The notes under the pieces are model-generated. The model was not told where the DNA came from. It did not search any database and worked only from the letters and a program-made list of their open reading frames with translations. From the NCBI GenBank assembly GCA_036172245.1, contig JAYWIR010000022.1:1426001-1490000 (forward strand): a stretch of DNA of 64,000 nt, in the 5' to 3' direction. Origin of the DNA: Raillietiella orientalis. Taxonomy: Eukaryota. Position 1 is the first letter of the stretch. Every line of letters starts with the position of its first letter. The position numbers and the translations under genes are program-made. This document shows, piece by piece, positions 14,833 through 27,041 of this stretch.

Positions 14833-16308
14833 TTAATACAATTTTATTGAGTTTAGAGTTTCATGCATAATTTTCAAATCTGCCGTATCTTCCTTGATTA
14901 CAGTAACTAGGTGATTAAGTCCTTCTTGCTGAAGTTGTAGAATCTGTTTAACATCATTAACAACATCAGGTTCAAGTGCAAATCGATCTCCTGAGCGTGG
15001 TGTTAGCTGCAGCTGAAGTAAAATTTGAGATAGCAATTCATTCAAACGACCTTTGAACTGATTGGGCGCATTTAATTGAGCTTCTAAAGACTCAAAAGTT
15101 GCTTTAAGCTGTTCTTCTTCTGGTTGCATTGCTGTTCCAAGTTTCCGACTAACTTCTTGACGCACCATAATACGTAATAAACGATAACTCATTTCAACGT
15201 GTTTCTGCTTTAATTCAGTGATTCTAGCTACATTTTGTACATGCTTTCGATTCAATTCTGCAATACAGTCAGCAATCAGATCTAATCTTCCTTGGTGCTG
15301 TTTAGTTTCTACTTCTTGTAATTTTAACCTTCTATGCAATTCTTTGAAGCCTAACATTGGAGAGGGAATTAATTTGTCTGGGCATGGGTTGTCTAATTTT
15401 GCCTGTTGCCAGATTATTGGATCAATACCCACAGGAGGTGTATCCAAATATTGTTTCAGTTGTTCTGCTGTAGGTGCACAACGCAATGCAATATCAGTGA
15501 TGGCAAGTTGCTGCAGCTGACAACGTATATTAGGCTGCTGTAAAAATTGAAACAAGTCTAATGCTGGGCACCGGCGTATTGTCCCTGCAGCATTTCTCTC
15601 TTGTACAAAAATAATTACTTCACAGCGACTGTCTGGTAGTACTTTCACAGCTTCCACACAAACTTGAACATTAGGCCTGTTGCCCAAAATTTGATGCAAC
15701 CGGGCTACAAATGCTTCCTGATGGACAACTACCTCAGATGGTTCTTTGGAAACTATTAAAGCAACATAACCATCTTCATTTTTTGCTTGAGGCAATGAAC
15801 TATAGCCAATAGCTTTGAAACGTCCAAATTGGTTATCAGATGAAAAGACAACAGGGGGCAAGGTGGGGGAGTAATAGCCATGGCCAGTCCCCCAGGCAGC
15901 CTGCAATTGGTTCCAGCGAGTGATAATAGAATCTCTTTCATCACCAAACACTTTTGGGCAAAAAACGGCTGTTAATAAAGCATCTGAAGGTGTAACTACA
16001 GTTGGTTGGAAATCACTTTTGCCGAAGAGAGTGCTGGTAGAGGCTGGGAAAGATGGCGTTGTTCCAAATAAAGTATTCGATGCTCCAATGACAGGTGATG
16101 TAAAAGGAGCTACAGCAGTAGTACCAAAGCTAGCAGCAGGAGCAACTGAAGGTGTGCCAAAAAGATTTGTATTGAATGTAGTACTTCCTCCAGGAGTCCC
16201 AAATACAAATCCAGCTGTTAAAAGCATATTGTATACAGAAAAAGAAACTCGAGACGTACCAGTAGTTGTAGTTGCTCCAAATGGAGTGGCACCAAAGTTG
16301 AAAGCCAT
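14833..16308 (-). CDS. Nup54: Nucleoporin Nup54 (FG-repeat N-terminus, central alpha/beta region, C-terminal coiled coil); exons 16260-16308 and 14833-16214, about 476 aa after splicing
   Basis: N-terminal FG repeats (FNFG, PFG, VFG, LFG) and the motifs FGDERDSIITRWNQLQAAWGTG and IWQQAKLDNPCPDKLIPSPMLGFKELHRRLKLQE, recognised as typical of metazoan Nup54. The 491-aa ORF reads through a 45-nt GTACGT...TTTTAACAG intron (16215-16259). Confidence 0.95.
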   Translation of the reverse strand: MAFNFGATPFGATTTTGTSRVSFSVYNMLLTAGFVFGTPGGSTTFNTNLFGTPSVAPAASFGTTAVAPFTSPVIGASNTLFGTTPSFPASTSTLFGKSDFQPTVVTPSDALLTAVFCPKVFGDERDSIITRWNQLQAAWGTGHGYYSPTLPPVVFSSDNQFGRFKAIGYSSLPQAKNEDGYVALIVSKEPSEVVVHQEAFVARLHQILGNRPNVQVCVEAVKVLPDSRCEVIIFVQERNAAGTIRRCPALDLFQFLQQPNIRCQLQQLAITDIALRCAPTAEQLKQYLDTPPVGIDPIIWQQAKLDNPCPDKLIPSPMLGFKELHRRLKLQEVETKQHQGRLDLIADCIAELNRKHVQNVARITELKQKHVEMSYRLLRIMVRQEVSRKLGTAMQPEEEQLKATFESLEAQLNAPNQFKGRLNELLSQILLQLQLTPRSGDRFALEPDVVNDVKQILQLQQEGLNHLVTVIKEDTADLKIMHETLNSIKLY

Positions 16309-19300
16309 CTAAGCCTAAGAGCAGTCTGAGTAACCTAATTTTAATAACAACACTAACCCAATCTCTTTTAGAAGTAGCTTCTGAATTTGGTACTTTCTTG
16401 TCTTTTAGTTTTCTTGTCATAACCAATGAGTATGGATTCATAATTTCATTTCAACAGTTTCATTGTCTGATCTCTATACCTAAAGGAGAAAACCTTTGAA
16501 AAACTGAATAACGAAATTTATTTGCTGAACACTTATTTGCTCAAAGCAAAGATAAAATGCAGTGGCTACCATAAGTCTCTAAACTATACTCTGGAATGCC
16601 CAAAACTTGAACCTAAAATTGAAACAAAAAAAAATTGCAAAGCTACACACATGAAAAAACTTTCCATATGAAAACATACTCAAAATTTAGAAAAATCAAC
16701 TTGGACTCCTGTTATTACAGACCACACTTTCTGCCACCTAAACATGTGAAATCAAGTACCAATATAGGCAGCCGCAATCAAAACATAATCTCTCTTACGA
16801 AAGCTCTGCTATCTCAACAATACAAAGACTGCAGTAGAAAAACTTTAAAAAATGTATTGTGTATTATGCAAAAAGTAAACAAACCTGAGGCCCTCAACTA
16901 TCTTTTTTAACTTAAATCAAATAGCAGGGCACATCAGTGCAGTGATGAGCATATTTACTTAACTAACAAATGCTGAGAATATTTTTCAATACTGGGTGAG
17001 ATTCATCATTGGAAACAATACGCAAAATTTATTACTGGGGAGCACATTTTTTTTTTACTGTTAGAGTGCTGGATAAAATCGGTGGAAAAATCTTTTTGCA
17101 TGAACCCGTCAGTTCACGCATGCCATATTCCTAGTAAAATGAATACAAATTCTTTCTGTCCTTGGCATGCATGAAAACAAGACTGCATAAAATTTGATTT
17201 ATTGGCATTTACTGACTTAGTACAATCCATTTTACTTTGTGCTATTTCAAATTTGTGATTGATTTCTGGATGTTTTTGCGTTTGTCTTTAAATTGAAATA
17301 ATTACAAGCTTCCACAAACAAAAAAGCATAGTTAACAAATCACATCAAGGCCATGAAATGCACCTATAACTACAGTGTTGAATGTAACGTAACGTAACAA
17401 ACAACATTAACATATAAGTATTCACATTTTAAGACTACATTGTATCATATACGATGATATGATCTCAAAACCGGGACAGGCTCAAATCCTTTCACAGATC
17501 CAACACTGATGCAACATGAAACTAAATCAAACATAATGTCCAGAAATGAAAGTGAGAAACTGTGCTCTGAAATGAAACGCATCTTACTGTGCGATGATGG
17601 TTTTCAAAAAAACAAAAACAATACACAGTTGCTTAAATGTTTCATGCAACAGATTTAGGTGAAAACGCCATGCACATCAAAGCACCGCGTGCAGAATTCA
17701 AAAAAACTTAATGTAATTATAAAGGCAGTTTCAAACTGCAACACTGAAAAACTAATTCTTAAGCCGCATTTTTTCAATCACTATTAATTCGGTTGATTAA
17801 CAAACTACGTTTGTTTAAATACTACCAAAATTTTTTGTAAACAACCATTATAAATTACCATAACCATTTCTCTGGGGAATAAAAAAATCAAATACGGACA
17901 TTATGGTATATATGGGGGCAATTCAAAATGTAATAGCATGTAATATACTACACGCTGTTGAATGTAGTAATGTTAAAAAAAAAAAAAATAAACACATCAC
18001 AGTGGATCGGAAGAACTGGCTGAGGTTCCCTCCAGTTCACGCGTTCCACGGCATGCTGCAAATGAATTTTGAAATACCTACCACATGACGTTTTCACAAA
18101 AACGAAACGAAACGTGGGACTATTTCAATATCCTCCAAAGTTACATTAAATTCAAGTACTTTCTACAAGGTATTTAAAAGCTGAGCCTAATGATAACGAT
18201 TATGTCCATTGCTGATATGTGTTTCTTCTGAAGGGCATTTACTTATACAATCTGTTTCCTATAATAAAAATTCCAGTTACAAACTACCGGCAGTAGTAAT
18301 CCTTACACAAAGGGGAGTTTGTAAAGCATTAATGGAGAAGAAAAAATATTTCCTGCAACGTCTGAAGCAGCCATAATCTTTTGTCCCAGCCGCCACCACC
18401 CGTTTAAGCAGCGTGCCCTGCAGCACAACTTTACACACGAAGAATGCCAATTTCCTGTTTACAATTCATAACAGCCATATATTTTATTTATTTTTTTCTA
18501 CTTGTAGGAACGCCCTCGATCCCAAAACACTCAGGTAATTATCTTCCTCTAGTTGTCACTGCTACGAACGGACTCAAGGAAAACTGAATACCAAAGATGC
18601 AAAAAAAAAAAAATCTCTTTTGTGAAGCAAGACATTCATAAATCCTAAGGCAAAATAGTTCCGTCTCGACTCAAGTTACCCTTGTTCGTCTCTACTTCTT
18701 GACAAGCAGCTGTATAACCATACACTGTTGACTGATTCCCGATTGCTTACTCCCTTTGTACGATAGGAGACAACAGAGCTACGCTTGAGAACATTGAGAA
18801 CGTTTCAAGGCAGCATTCGAAGTATTGAAAATGCCATTCGCCACCTCGGCAGCAGTACACACCCCTATGTCACAAGCCAGACGTGGCTGGAAAACAGAAA
18901 CACACAGAATTGTGTCATTCCTCAGAGCATTATCAAAAGAAGGTCTACTGCCTCTTTGGATGGATATTTCTTAACATGTCGAGGGCACGAAATGAACGCA
19001 CACATGAACAGCTGTTTTCATAGCTCGACTACCACGGTTTCCCAAAAGTGCCTCCTGTCCGAAGACAACAACTACTACAACTAAGCAAGCGGTGGATGAA
19101 TGGTGGATTCTTCACAGTTGATTATTGCTTCCTTAAACAAGCTCACTGGATTGGCAAGGAGTGTTTCGTTTCAGAGCAACCCGATTCCACACCAAAGCAT
19201 GGTGAGCCACCTTTGGTTCTGGTAAAAAAGCTTGGAGCAAACCGGCTGGAAACTGTCATCTGGGACCTTGGTCATCTTGGTTGAATTCCTATACTTTTTA

Positions 19301-21404
19301 TGAGCAGCTGCTGCTTCAAATGAATTTTCCGAAAGTAAAATGCGCACATGTGACAAAGTCGGAAAGATATGGAAACAGCAACATGATTTCGTAGAAACAC
19401 GGATCAGTTCCTTTTCCAGAAACACTGAAAGGCGTTGCTGCAATATCCAGCTGTAGCACAATCATAGTCTACTCCTGGAGCGAGACAATCTCATTGAGGC
19501 AACTGAGAACAAGAACCCGGGCACCTGCTCGAGCAGTGATTCTCTGGAGTTGAACGTGATCACATCTATGTCGAGGACGCATGTGTTGGACTCTAGACAG
19601 GATGATGGCAACGCAAGTTGCTTACAGCACCCATTTGAATCACATGCTGTAGCGTGACAAGCATGAGGCTGGTGCAATAAAAGCATCTTTTCCGAGACTT
19701 CATTTAACAGAGTTAAATGTAGTCTTGGAAAAGGATGCAATGAAAAGTTAAAGAATGACTGAGTCCGAAAAGTGGAATGTGCCGAAGAATTGGAAGCCGA
19801 TTGCGATTTAGGATATGTTCCTTCCTTTCTCGTTTCTTTTGCGGCTCTAGGCTTCCAAACCAATATTTTCCACTAGGAGACGGCAAAGCTTGGGTACGCT
19901 CTATTCTAACCCAGGAACCACAGTGAATGCAACTGTTTCGAAAAGGATCCAGTTTGTCTGCATGCTGCGTCCCTTCTTAATCAAGCTCAGCTTTTGAGTT
20001 GGTCCCCGTAATTCCATCTCAGTTCAATGAAATGGAAATTCATCATGCCAACTAAAAATGGCAGACGGAACAATGGCTAAAACTGTGGAATTTCGTTAAG
20101 GACAATGGCTTTCACCTTGATCTTTTCATCATGAATTCGGAAGCATGAGAAAAAACAAACTAGAGATTCTCCGATCAGTCTTTCGTTCTGTGGGTGCATA
20201 TTGTGGATCAGCTAGATATTATTTATGCTTCCTTGTAGATAGCTGCTCCTTATTTTCCTTACCTTCGAAAATACTGAACCGGTGCTTGGATGCTATCCTG
20301 GCGATAGCCCAGCATCCGCAAGTAAACATGTATTTGTGTCTGTTGCCATCCGACTAGATAACAGAGCTTCAGTCCAATATCTGATCTAGGAAATCTAAGC
20401 GAGAGATAGAAAATACGTGGTTCTTGGATGGCCAACCTCAGGAACGCTTTCCAAGACCAAACAGGAGATTCACCGTTGCAATAAGGGCCAACGCAGTTTT
20501 CACTCATGTACTCATGAGGTTTGGTCGAATGAGACCTTTGCATCCTCCGAGAGAGAGTTCCCGTTTTTTTGCGCGTTTTCTTTTCGATGAAGAGATACCC
20601 TGAGAAGATGTCAATGTTGGAAATGTCGTAGCGCTTGCTATTAATATTCCTAAAATTACGAAAGATGACATGTCCGGAGTTTGCTAATACGCGATCTGTT
20701 TTCTTTCACCCCTCGTTCCCTCGAAAGTGCTGTCTGTTCCACAGCATAAACAGGAAATTGAGGTTGCGGCGATTTGTTCACATGTGGCACCTAAACTGAT
20801 GTTCTGTTTTCCATGATAGAATTCCTGCTTGAAATTTCCCTGAGATGCTTGCATCTTGGGCAGGTTTACCGGATTCCGCTCCGAAAGTGAGGATCCGGAT
20901 CGCTCAAAGGGTCAAATGGATAGTCAAATGGCGTTTCCGGTGGTTAGTAGCAGCGTGAATTCTTGGAGCACTGTTCTTCCAATCGGACATTAAAGAAAGA
21001 AAATGTGAACAACCAGGATCTTTTTTTTCTTAACCAAGTAGAGTTTTGCAAGTCGAATTCTCTTACTCGAATCCCGGTGAGATTCATTTGTCCCTGCCAG
21101 TGGTTTTTGGTATCCAACTGAACTCATCACTTGAAGCAAGTGATGAAAGTGATTCGCGAACAAGGAATCCAAAAGTCAGCCGAGTTTACGAGAAACCAGT
21201 CCCAAAGGAGAAGCCCAGCAAGGAGACAGACAAGGGGAGGAAAAGTCCTTGGGCAGTGAAGCTTGCGCGTGTTCTAGTGTGAAGCATTTTTGCCTTTGGC
21301 CATGCAAGGAAGTGAAAATGCAGCTTTTGCTCTTTTTCCTTGAACAGTATTTCGTTTATTACATGAATTCTTGATTAATGCTGTTTGTAATCTGCTTGCA
21401 TCTT

Positions 21405-24400
21405 CTATATAAACGTAAGTCGTCCTGTGAATCCGTAATCCTGGTACGGAACAAAGCTGATCCAGTGAACTATCATAGTGTTCCCTACGGATGTGAAGGT
21501 TTTTCCATATACCAGTTCCTCACGTTTGTCACAGTAACTGAAAGGGATATTCAAATATTATAGTGTGGTGTTCCTTGGAAGGAAAATCATAGTAGCTTTT
21601 CGAGTTGATATCAAAAATATTATGATGTTTCACGAATTCTGTCACTAAAACAGAAGTGAAGCATACTAACCTGTCGGTCTGGTACATATCATGTACACGC
21701 AAATTCAAAGAGCCATAGTAGCAGTCCCCACTAAAATACAAGTTTTCAAGCATCAACTGCACTCTTTTTCCATAAGGAGCCTGGATAAACCACATGCACT
21801 CAATATTTGGAAGATAAGTTCCAATCTGTATATCATCTTCCGTCAAATTTCCACCACATTTGTTCATATTTGGGACTTCAATGGAAGAAATATATTAAAT
21901 TTGCCGCCATAATGGCTTGAAATGCATGTAGAAAATGAATGTTTTCCACATTTTTTTTTCCAAGATTTATTTAAGCAATTGTAACTTACGATAATAGCCT
22001 TCGCCTGTGAGTCTTTCGCAAGTTGTTCCTGAAGTACCACGTGGACAAACACATCTGCAATCTCGGTTCAGGAAGCCTTCATTCTGGCACCTTAAGCCAC
22101 CACGGGGACAACGTTTACCCCAGGTTTCTAGCAATGGATGAGAAGGGAATGCATCTCGGAATCTAACTAACCGGAGCATTTGTATGCTCTGTTGAGAAGC
22201 AGTACATCTCTGTGTGTTAGACTGTTTCTCCCTTGAGAACTAAGAAGATACTGTAAAGTTATGTCTCTGGTAGTCATTGCTAATTTAAAATTGATTGAAA
22301 ATCCCTGGAAAAAAAAAGTGTGGGAATTTCACTTTTTTAAGGAATGTTTCTCGTTTAGAAATTTTCGAGAAAAGTTGTGCTCTTACATTATATGGATAGT
22401 GCATGAGGCTGGACAAATCATACTTGATACCTAACGTGTCACAATTAGTTAATTTATCATAATTGTACAAAGAAGCTTCATAGATTTTCTTCTTTTCGAT
22501 GTTGATGTATTCGTCCCTATCTGGTCGGGACTGCTCGTGAGCCATTCCCAAAGCGTGCCCGAATTCGTGCACTATGACTGGCACCTGCAATACACATATT
22601 CCAACGTATTAATGCACAATTTCGGAGAACGGGGCTAAGAATTTCAGTTTTTCGATTTCTGTGAAGAGTTTTGTCACTGCGGTCAACCAAAAAATAGGAA
22701 ATTCTCACTTTGAAAACCTAAAGTCTCTTTCCTTGTATTCCCAAGCCACGTCCAACACAAAGTGTTCACCAAAGAAATCCACATTTCTAAATGATAGAAA
22801 AATAGTTCAATCACAATGTACTCATTGGAAAATGAACACAGGTTTGCATTGCAAAGGAGGAAGGGGACAAGGAGCAATGAAACAGCTATCAAAACGAATT
22901 TGCGATTCCTCATGAAGCTGCATACTTTCCATCATTCATGAAGAGAAAGGAATCATTTTCAGCATGTGAAGCTTATTAGAAGGTTGCTGTGAGACAGGGA
23001 AGAAGCTGCACAGGAAGGTACTACTTGGATCATCAAGCAAATTCGTTCCAAAATTAGACATCTGCTCAATGGAAAGAGTGAACGAGAAAGAATTTCAGAA
23101 ACCTTTTGATTAAGAAAAGGGAAACAGGGAAGGTTCGACCCTGAAAATATTTCCGATTTATGGGAGGGGGCCTTTAAAATTCAGAAAGCTGTTTGTGTCA
23201 CCAACTGGTGTCTCGATCTTCAGTGTACTACCAGGAAGCGTCAAATACACGCTGATGACTGTAAAATGGCTATCTTTCCGCTGAGAGTACGCAGAGTATT
23301 GTGCAGCAGAGCAAACAAACGGTCGATCGGTTTTCCTCATTTTCCTGTGGAAAAGTGATTTCGCAGGTTCACTTGTTTGGTCGCCTGGAATTCTGAAGAG
23401 TGGCTTTCGAAATCTGATCGCAAGCAATTGACAGACATGCAATGCACATCAGTCCGTTAAAGATTGATACGAAAGTCAGAACTTGGCATCGTTGTTAAAT
23501 ATCTCTCCACTTTACTCACTTCTGCACACATTGTTCCCAGAGACATGTCCTGAAATCCTCTGGCGTCATTTGTACGTCCAAGTCTTGACCAGCAGAAATC
23601 CGAGTAGACCCCAATCTGGATTTTGTAGATTGGATTATCAAGAGGTACTTCGTAAAGCCGGATGCACGTTTTTTTTTGATACTCTTCAATGACCTGGGGC
23701 ATGAGTACGCGGACCTCTTGGGGCACTATGAAAAGGAAATCTCGCATAAGAACGAACTCCTTGACACACAATTAGCAAAATTTTGTGAAGGTTGTGCACG
23801 AGTGGGGACAAGAAGCGTTTGCTGTTCGCTTTTCAGAGCTTGCAAGTAGGCATACATGTCAGAGAACTATGGCTAGTTATGGAAGCAACGAGAGCAGTTA
23901 ATAGAATGGGAAACTTCATATCGGCAAAGCTCTGCATTGAAAAGCATGTGTTTTTTTTTGTTTTAAATCGCCTCTATTTGTGCCAATTTCAGCTGCTTTG
24001 ATAGCGTAAATGGAAAAGTTCGAACTGATTACATGTTACTGTGGACGGTGCTCTGAAATGACGCATCTCCTATGGAAATCCTGAAAGGGATTATCCAGAA
24101 GGAGATCGGCATAGGGAACTGTGGTAAAGTGGCGGCCTGGACTTATCGGCACATCCTGAAAAGGATCGAAGATATTGCCCAGGCCCGATCAACGCCCAGT
24201 CCACCATAATGCAGAAAATCAGTATTGTGACTCCAAGTTTAGTGAAACCCAAAGAAGACACAAGTGATTGCGAAATAAAATTGAATGAATGAGTATGTAG
24301 TGTGAATGATGAAAAGAAAACAAATTACCCCGCCCCTTGTGGGGCTTTGGGACAATCTCTGAAATGTCGGTAATGAATGTGGTGCAGTGTGTTGCTCACA

Positions 24401-24973
24401 CGAAACTCAAAGCAAACTTACCATCATTCGCAAAAGCGTAAGGAACTGGAACCTCTCCATTTACCATCTCCCAGAGCTCTTTCATGTTGTTTATGCATGA
24501 TTTCTCTTTTAATGCCTGAACTTGAGCATCCGTTAATGCTATGTCGTCAAAGTAGACTTCAACCCCATCTGCAGTTTTCATCGGCACTATGGGAAGTCCA
24601 TTCTAGAGGAAGATGCGAATTTGCATACACGCGAGCACTTGCGGATGAAAACAAATTCTTAGAACGGCAGATTCTCTATACTATTCTGATGACTGATCAC
24701 TGACATTCTAGTACAATGGAAGCCCGTGCTGGGACCCAAATTCAGTTCCCATCCCTCCGAACTTTCATGCATGCCAAACGAAGCCATTTCCCAACTTTTG
24801 TTCGGACGGCACGAAAGCTCGGAGTAAAACGACTCACCTGAGTTCTATTGGTGCCTCCGATCGCTGCAATAAGTTCTAAAGCTAGGATTATCTGAGGTGA
24901 TAATTAGATCTTTGCTGATCATCGCAAAGTCACGGTTTCTCACCTGTATGAGGATGTCTGCATGCCTCTCCAT
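21405..24973 (-). CDS. Secreted astacin-family (M12A) zinc metalloprotease with EGF-like and CUB domains (BP10/SpAN-like architecture), about 425 aa; exons 24944-24973, 24838-24891, 24422-24602, 23520-23725, 22387-22584, 22172-22304, 21990-22127, 21671-21875, 21405-21537
   Basis: Zinc motif HEFGHALGMAHEQSRPDRD, Met-turn SLMHY, propeptide YFDDI (aspartate-switch-like), EGF CQNEGFLNRDCRCVCPRGTSGTTCE, CUB CGGNL...CMWFIQAPYGKRVQL...FTSVGNTMIVHW...GFTG. All nine exons join in phase through GT-AG introns. The first two exons (MERHADILIQ/IILALELIAAIGG, signal-peptide-like) are less certain than the rest. Confidence 0.9.
24041..24209 (+). other. Two-armed structured element with twin GAAA-tetraloop hairpins, antisense inside astacin intron 3
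   Basis: Arm 1 (24065-24106): ATCTCCT..TGGA.AATCCT-GAAA-GGGATT.TCCA..AGGAGAT. Arm 2 (24134-24185): GGCCTGG...ATCCT-GAAA-AGGAT...CCAGGCC. Closed by GTGGAC/GTCCAC. Confidence 0.45.
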
Positions 24974-26956
24974 TTCGAAAAAACCCACCAAATCAGGATG
25001 TCCTGCACTTTCGAACAAGATTTTATATTCTCCATATCCCTCTAATTAGCAAATCGTTATATAGTTTGAGCTTCCCAGCAATGAAGGTCAGAAAATATTT
25101 TTCTCTGCATCGCGCTTCATTAATTCCAGGCAGATTTCCTCTGATCAGGTGGAATGGTGCCCACTTGTACCGATTCCTTCTTTGGAAACAGGAGTCCAGT
25201 TCCAATCACATAACCTTCGATATGCACCCACGTTGAATATTTTGCAGGGTTCGAGTGTGGCGTGGTTTGTCAAGGTGACTTGCGACAAAATGGGCATCTC
25301 GAAATGATGGAAACTACTCTGTGCCCAATCGGCACACGTTACGCATGCTTGCTCTCTCCTGCAGATTACTGGCATGTCGCTATGTTTTTTTATTTCAATT
25401 CTCTATTTCCTTTTAATTTGCTCATACTTTCCTGCCAAGGTCATGGTGAACAGTAAGAAGGCAAGCAGATCGAGCAGTCTGAACATGCATCAGTGTGCCT
25501 TAATTGCAAAAGAGTGTGAACTCTGCAATAATATGCAACAGCCTCCGCTCATTATATGCATCAAGTACCAATTCTGCACCACTTCCCACAAGAAATCTCA
25601 TCTATGCATGTCGCAAACTGCTTTGTTTCTGTGTGGCTTTACATGTTTTCCAGTTTTCCTTCGAAGGAAGTCACTTTGACAAGAGGAAGAATTTTTCAGG
25701 AAGCCTTACGGTGAACTTGCAGTGGACAATTTGGGGAGAGCAAAAAGAAAATCCCGACAGATTTTGTTCAGTTTAGCTTCAAACAGTGCGACAAAATGGG
25801 CTCAGGGTTTCAAAACTGATTAGTTAGCCACATCGAAATGCCATGTGTTGAAAACGGGCTTCAATGGGATTTGGGAAAGAGTAAATAGGATTTTTCGGAA
25901 GATATCTTGATTGGTCCCACGAATCCTCCAGCGAAGGGTGTTTTTGAACCTGACTTTGCAGCTATCCCGTAAATCTGTTCAGTTTTAGATAGCGTTTCCT
26001 TAAAATTCGTTTGGTTCTCATATTTTCGTCTTGTGTAGTAACTCAGTTCCGGAAGAATTCTCTTTCTTCAGAAACTTGAAAATGCCCACTTACGTAATTC
26101 CCTTTATATCTTCACAAATGTGAATGTTTCGAAAAGAAAAAAAGAAAAAATCAGCATTTCTTTTATTCAAAGGGCAGGCCAGATACGGTCATTTATTTGT
26201 TTCCTCGAGTATTGTGAAATTGAGGGTGATTAATGATACCAACCGCGCTAAACGATTTCTCAGATCACCCGTTGTCAGCGAGGAAGAGTTCTATTTCTCA
26301 GTTGGATATGTTCTCCAGGAATTGGAAGAGCAGGCATCGGGTGGAGTGGGTAAGCGTGATGATCCTACCTCACCACGCTTACGTGCTCGAAGATTATCAG
26401 ATGTACCGGATCCGAAACATACCCTGCATCCGCTCCTGTAGCTGGTAAGGTATTCTATCTAAGGGTCTTAGACTTAAATACAAATTGAAAATTGAGCTCC
26501 TTGAGACAATTGCCAGCCAACGCACTGGAGCCTGACACCGTAACTGGGCATGTGATTAAGCTCTCAAGAGATCCTAGGAAGAGCCAGCATGGATTGTTCC
26601 ACTAGGACCTTGCGTGGCAACATCTGCAAATGGAAACATTCTTCTTGGCACACAGGCAAATTTAGTGCTCCAAATCGACACACATACGAATCCAGGGCCT
26701 CGATTAAGGATTCGAAACTTTAAGTGTGCTATGAGAATCTGGAAAATTCTCGAAAGTCTTAATTTCTTGATGTTCCATGAATTCCAAGACGTAGCCTGTG
26801 TTCACAACGCGGTACCTCGTATAAAGGGATTCTTTCCAAAAAAAAAAAAAAAAGAACGTTTTTGCGAGAATTGGAAGAAAAAGGAGTTTGATCTCGTTTG
26901 TTCATCAAACCGCAAAACATAGTTTTTGATGTATTGAGAGTGGTCTAGGAGCCGTG

Positions 26957-27041
26957 CTAAAAACTTTGGGCACTAATCAGGATGGAAATCGAATTTGGAA
27001 CGCTGTCTGGGAAGGAAAGCAGATTGGAGAAGTGTTGCAAA
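26957..27041 (+). mobile_element. Possible highly decayed 3' fragment of a non-LTR retrotransposon (RTE/CR1-like RT C-terminus)
   Basis: With frameshifts it reads LK-FGH-IRME-RIWNAVWEGK...DWRSVAN, resembling the generic LxWxGHxxRMxxxRxxxxVxxG...WRxxA tail of LINE ORF2. Recognition by eye only. Confidence 0.25.

Noticed and set aside
15218..16312. + strand ORFs of 100 and 130 aa
   Set aside because: Antisense shadows of the Nup54 CDS.
16309..16319. CTAAGCCTAAG, resembling a TTAGGC telomerase template or telomeric repeat
   Set aside because: Only 11 nt and coincides with the Nup54 splice acceptor (CTTAGGCTTAG/ATG); no surrounding telomerase-RNA features.
25248..25340. LRQNGHL...CPIGT, resembling the astacin EGF exon
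   Set aside because: Needs two codon gaps, lacks most cysteines and has low nucleotide similarity; probably chance.
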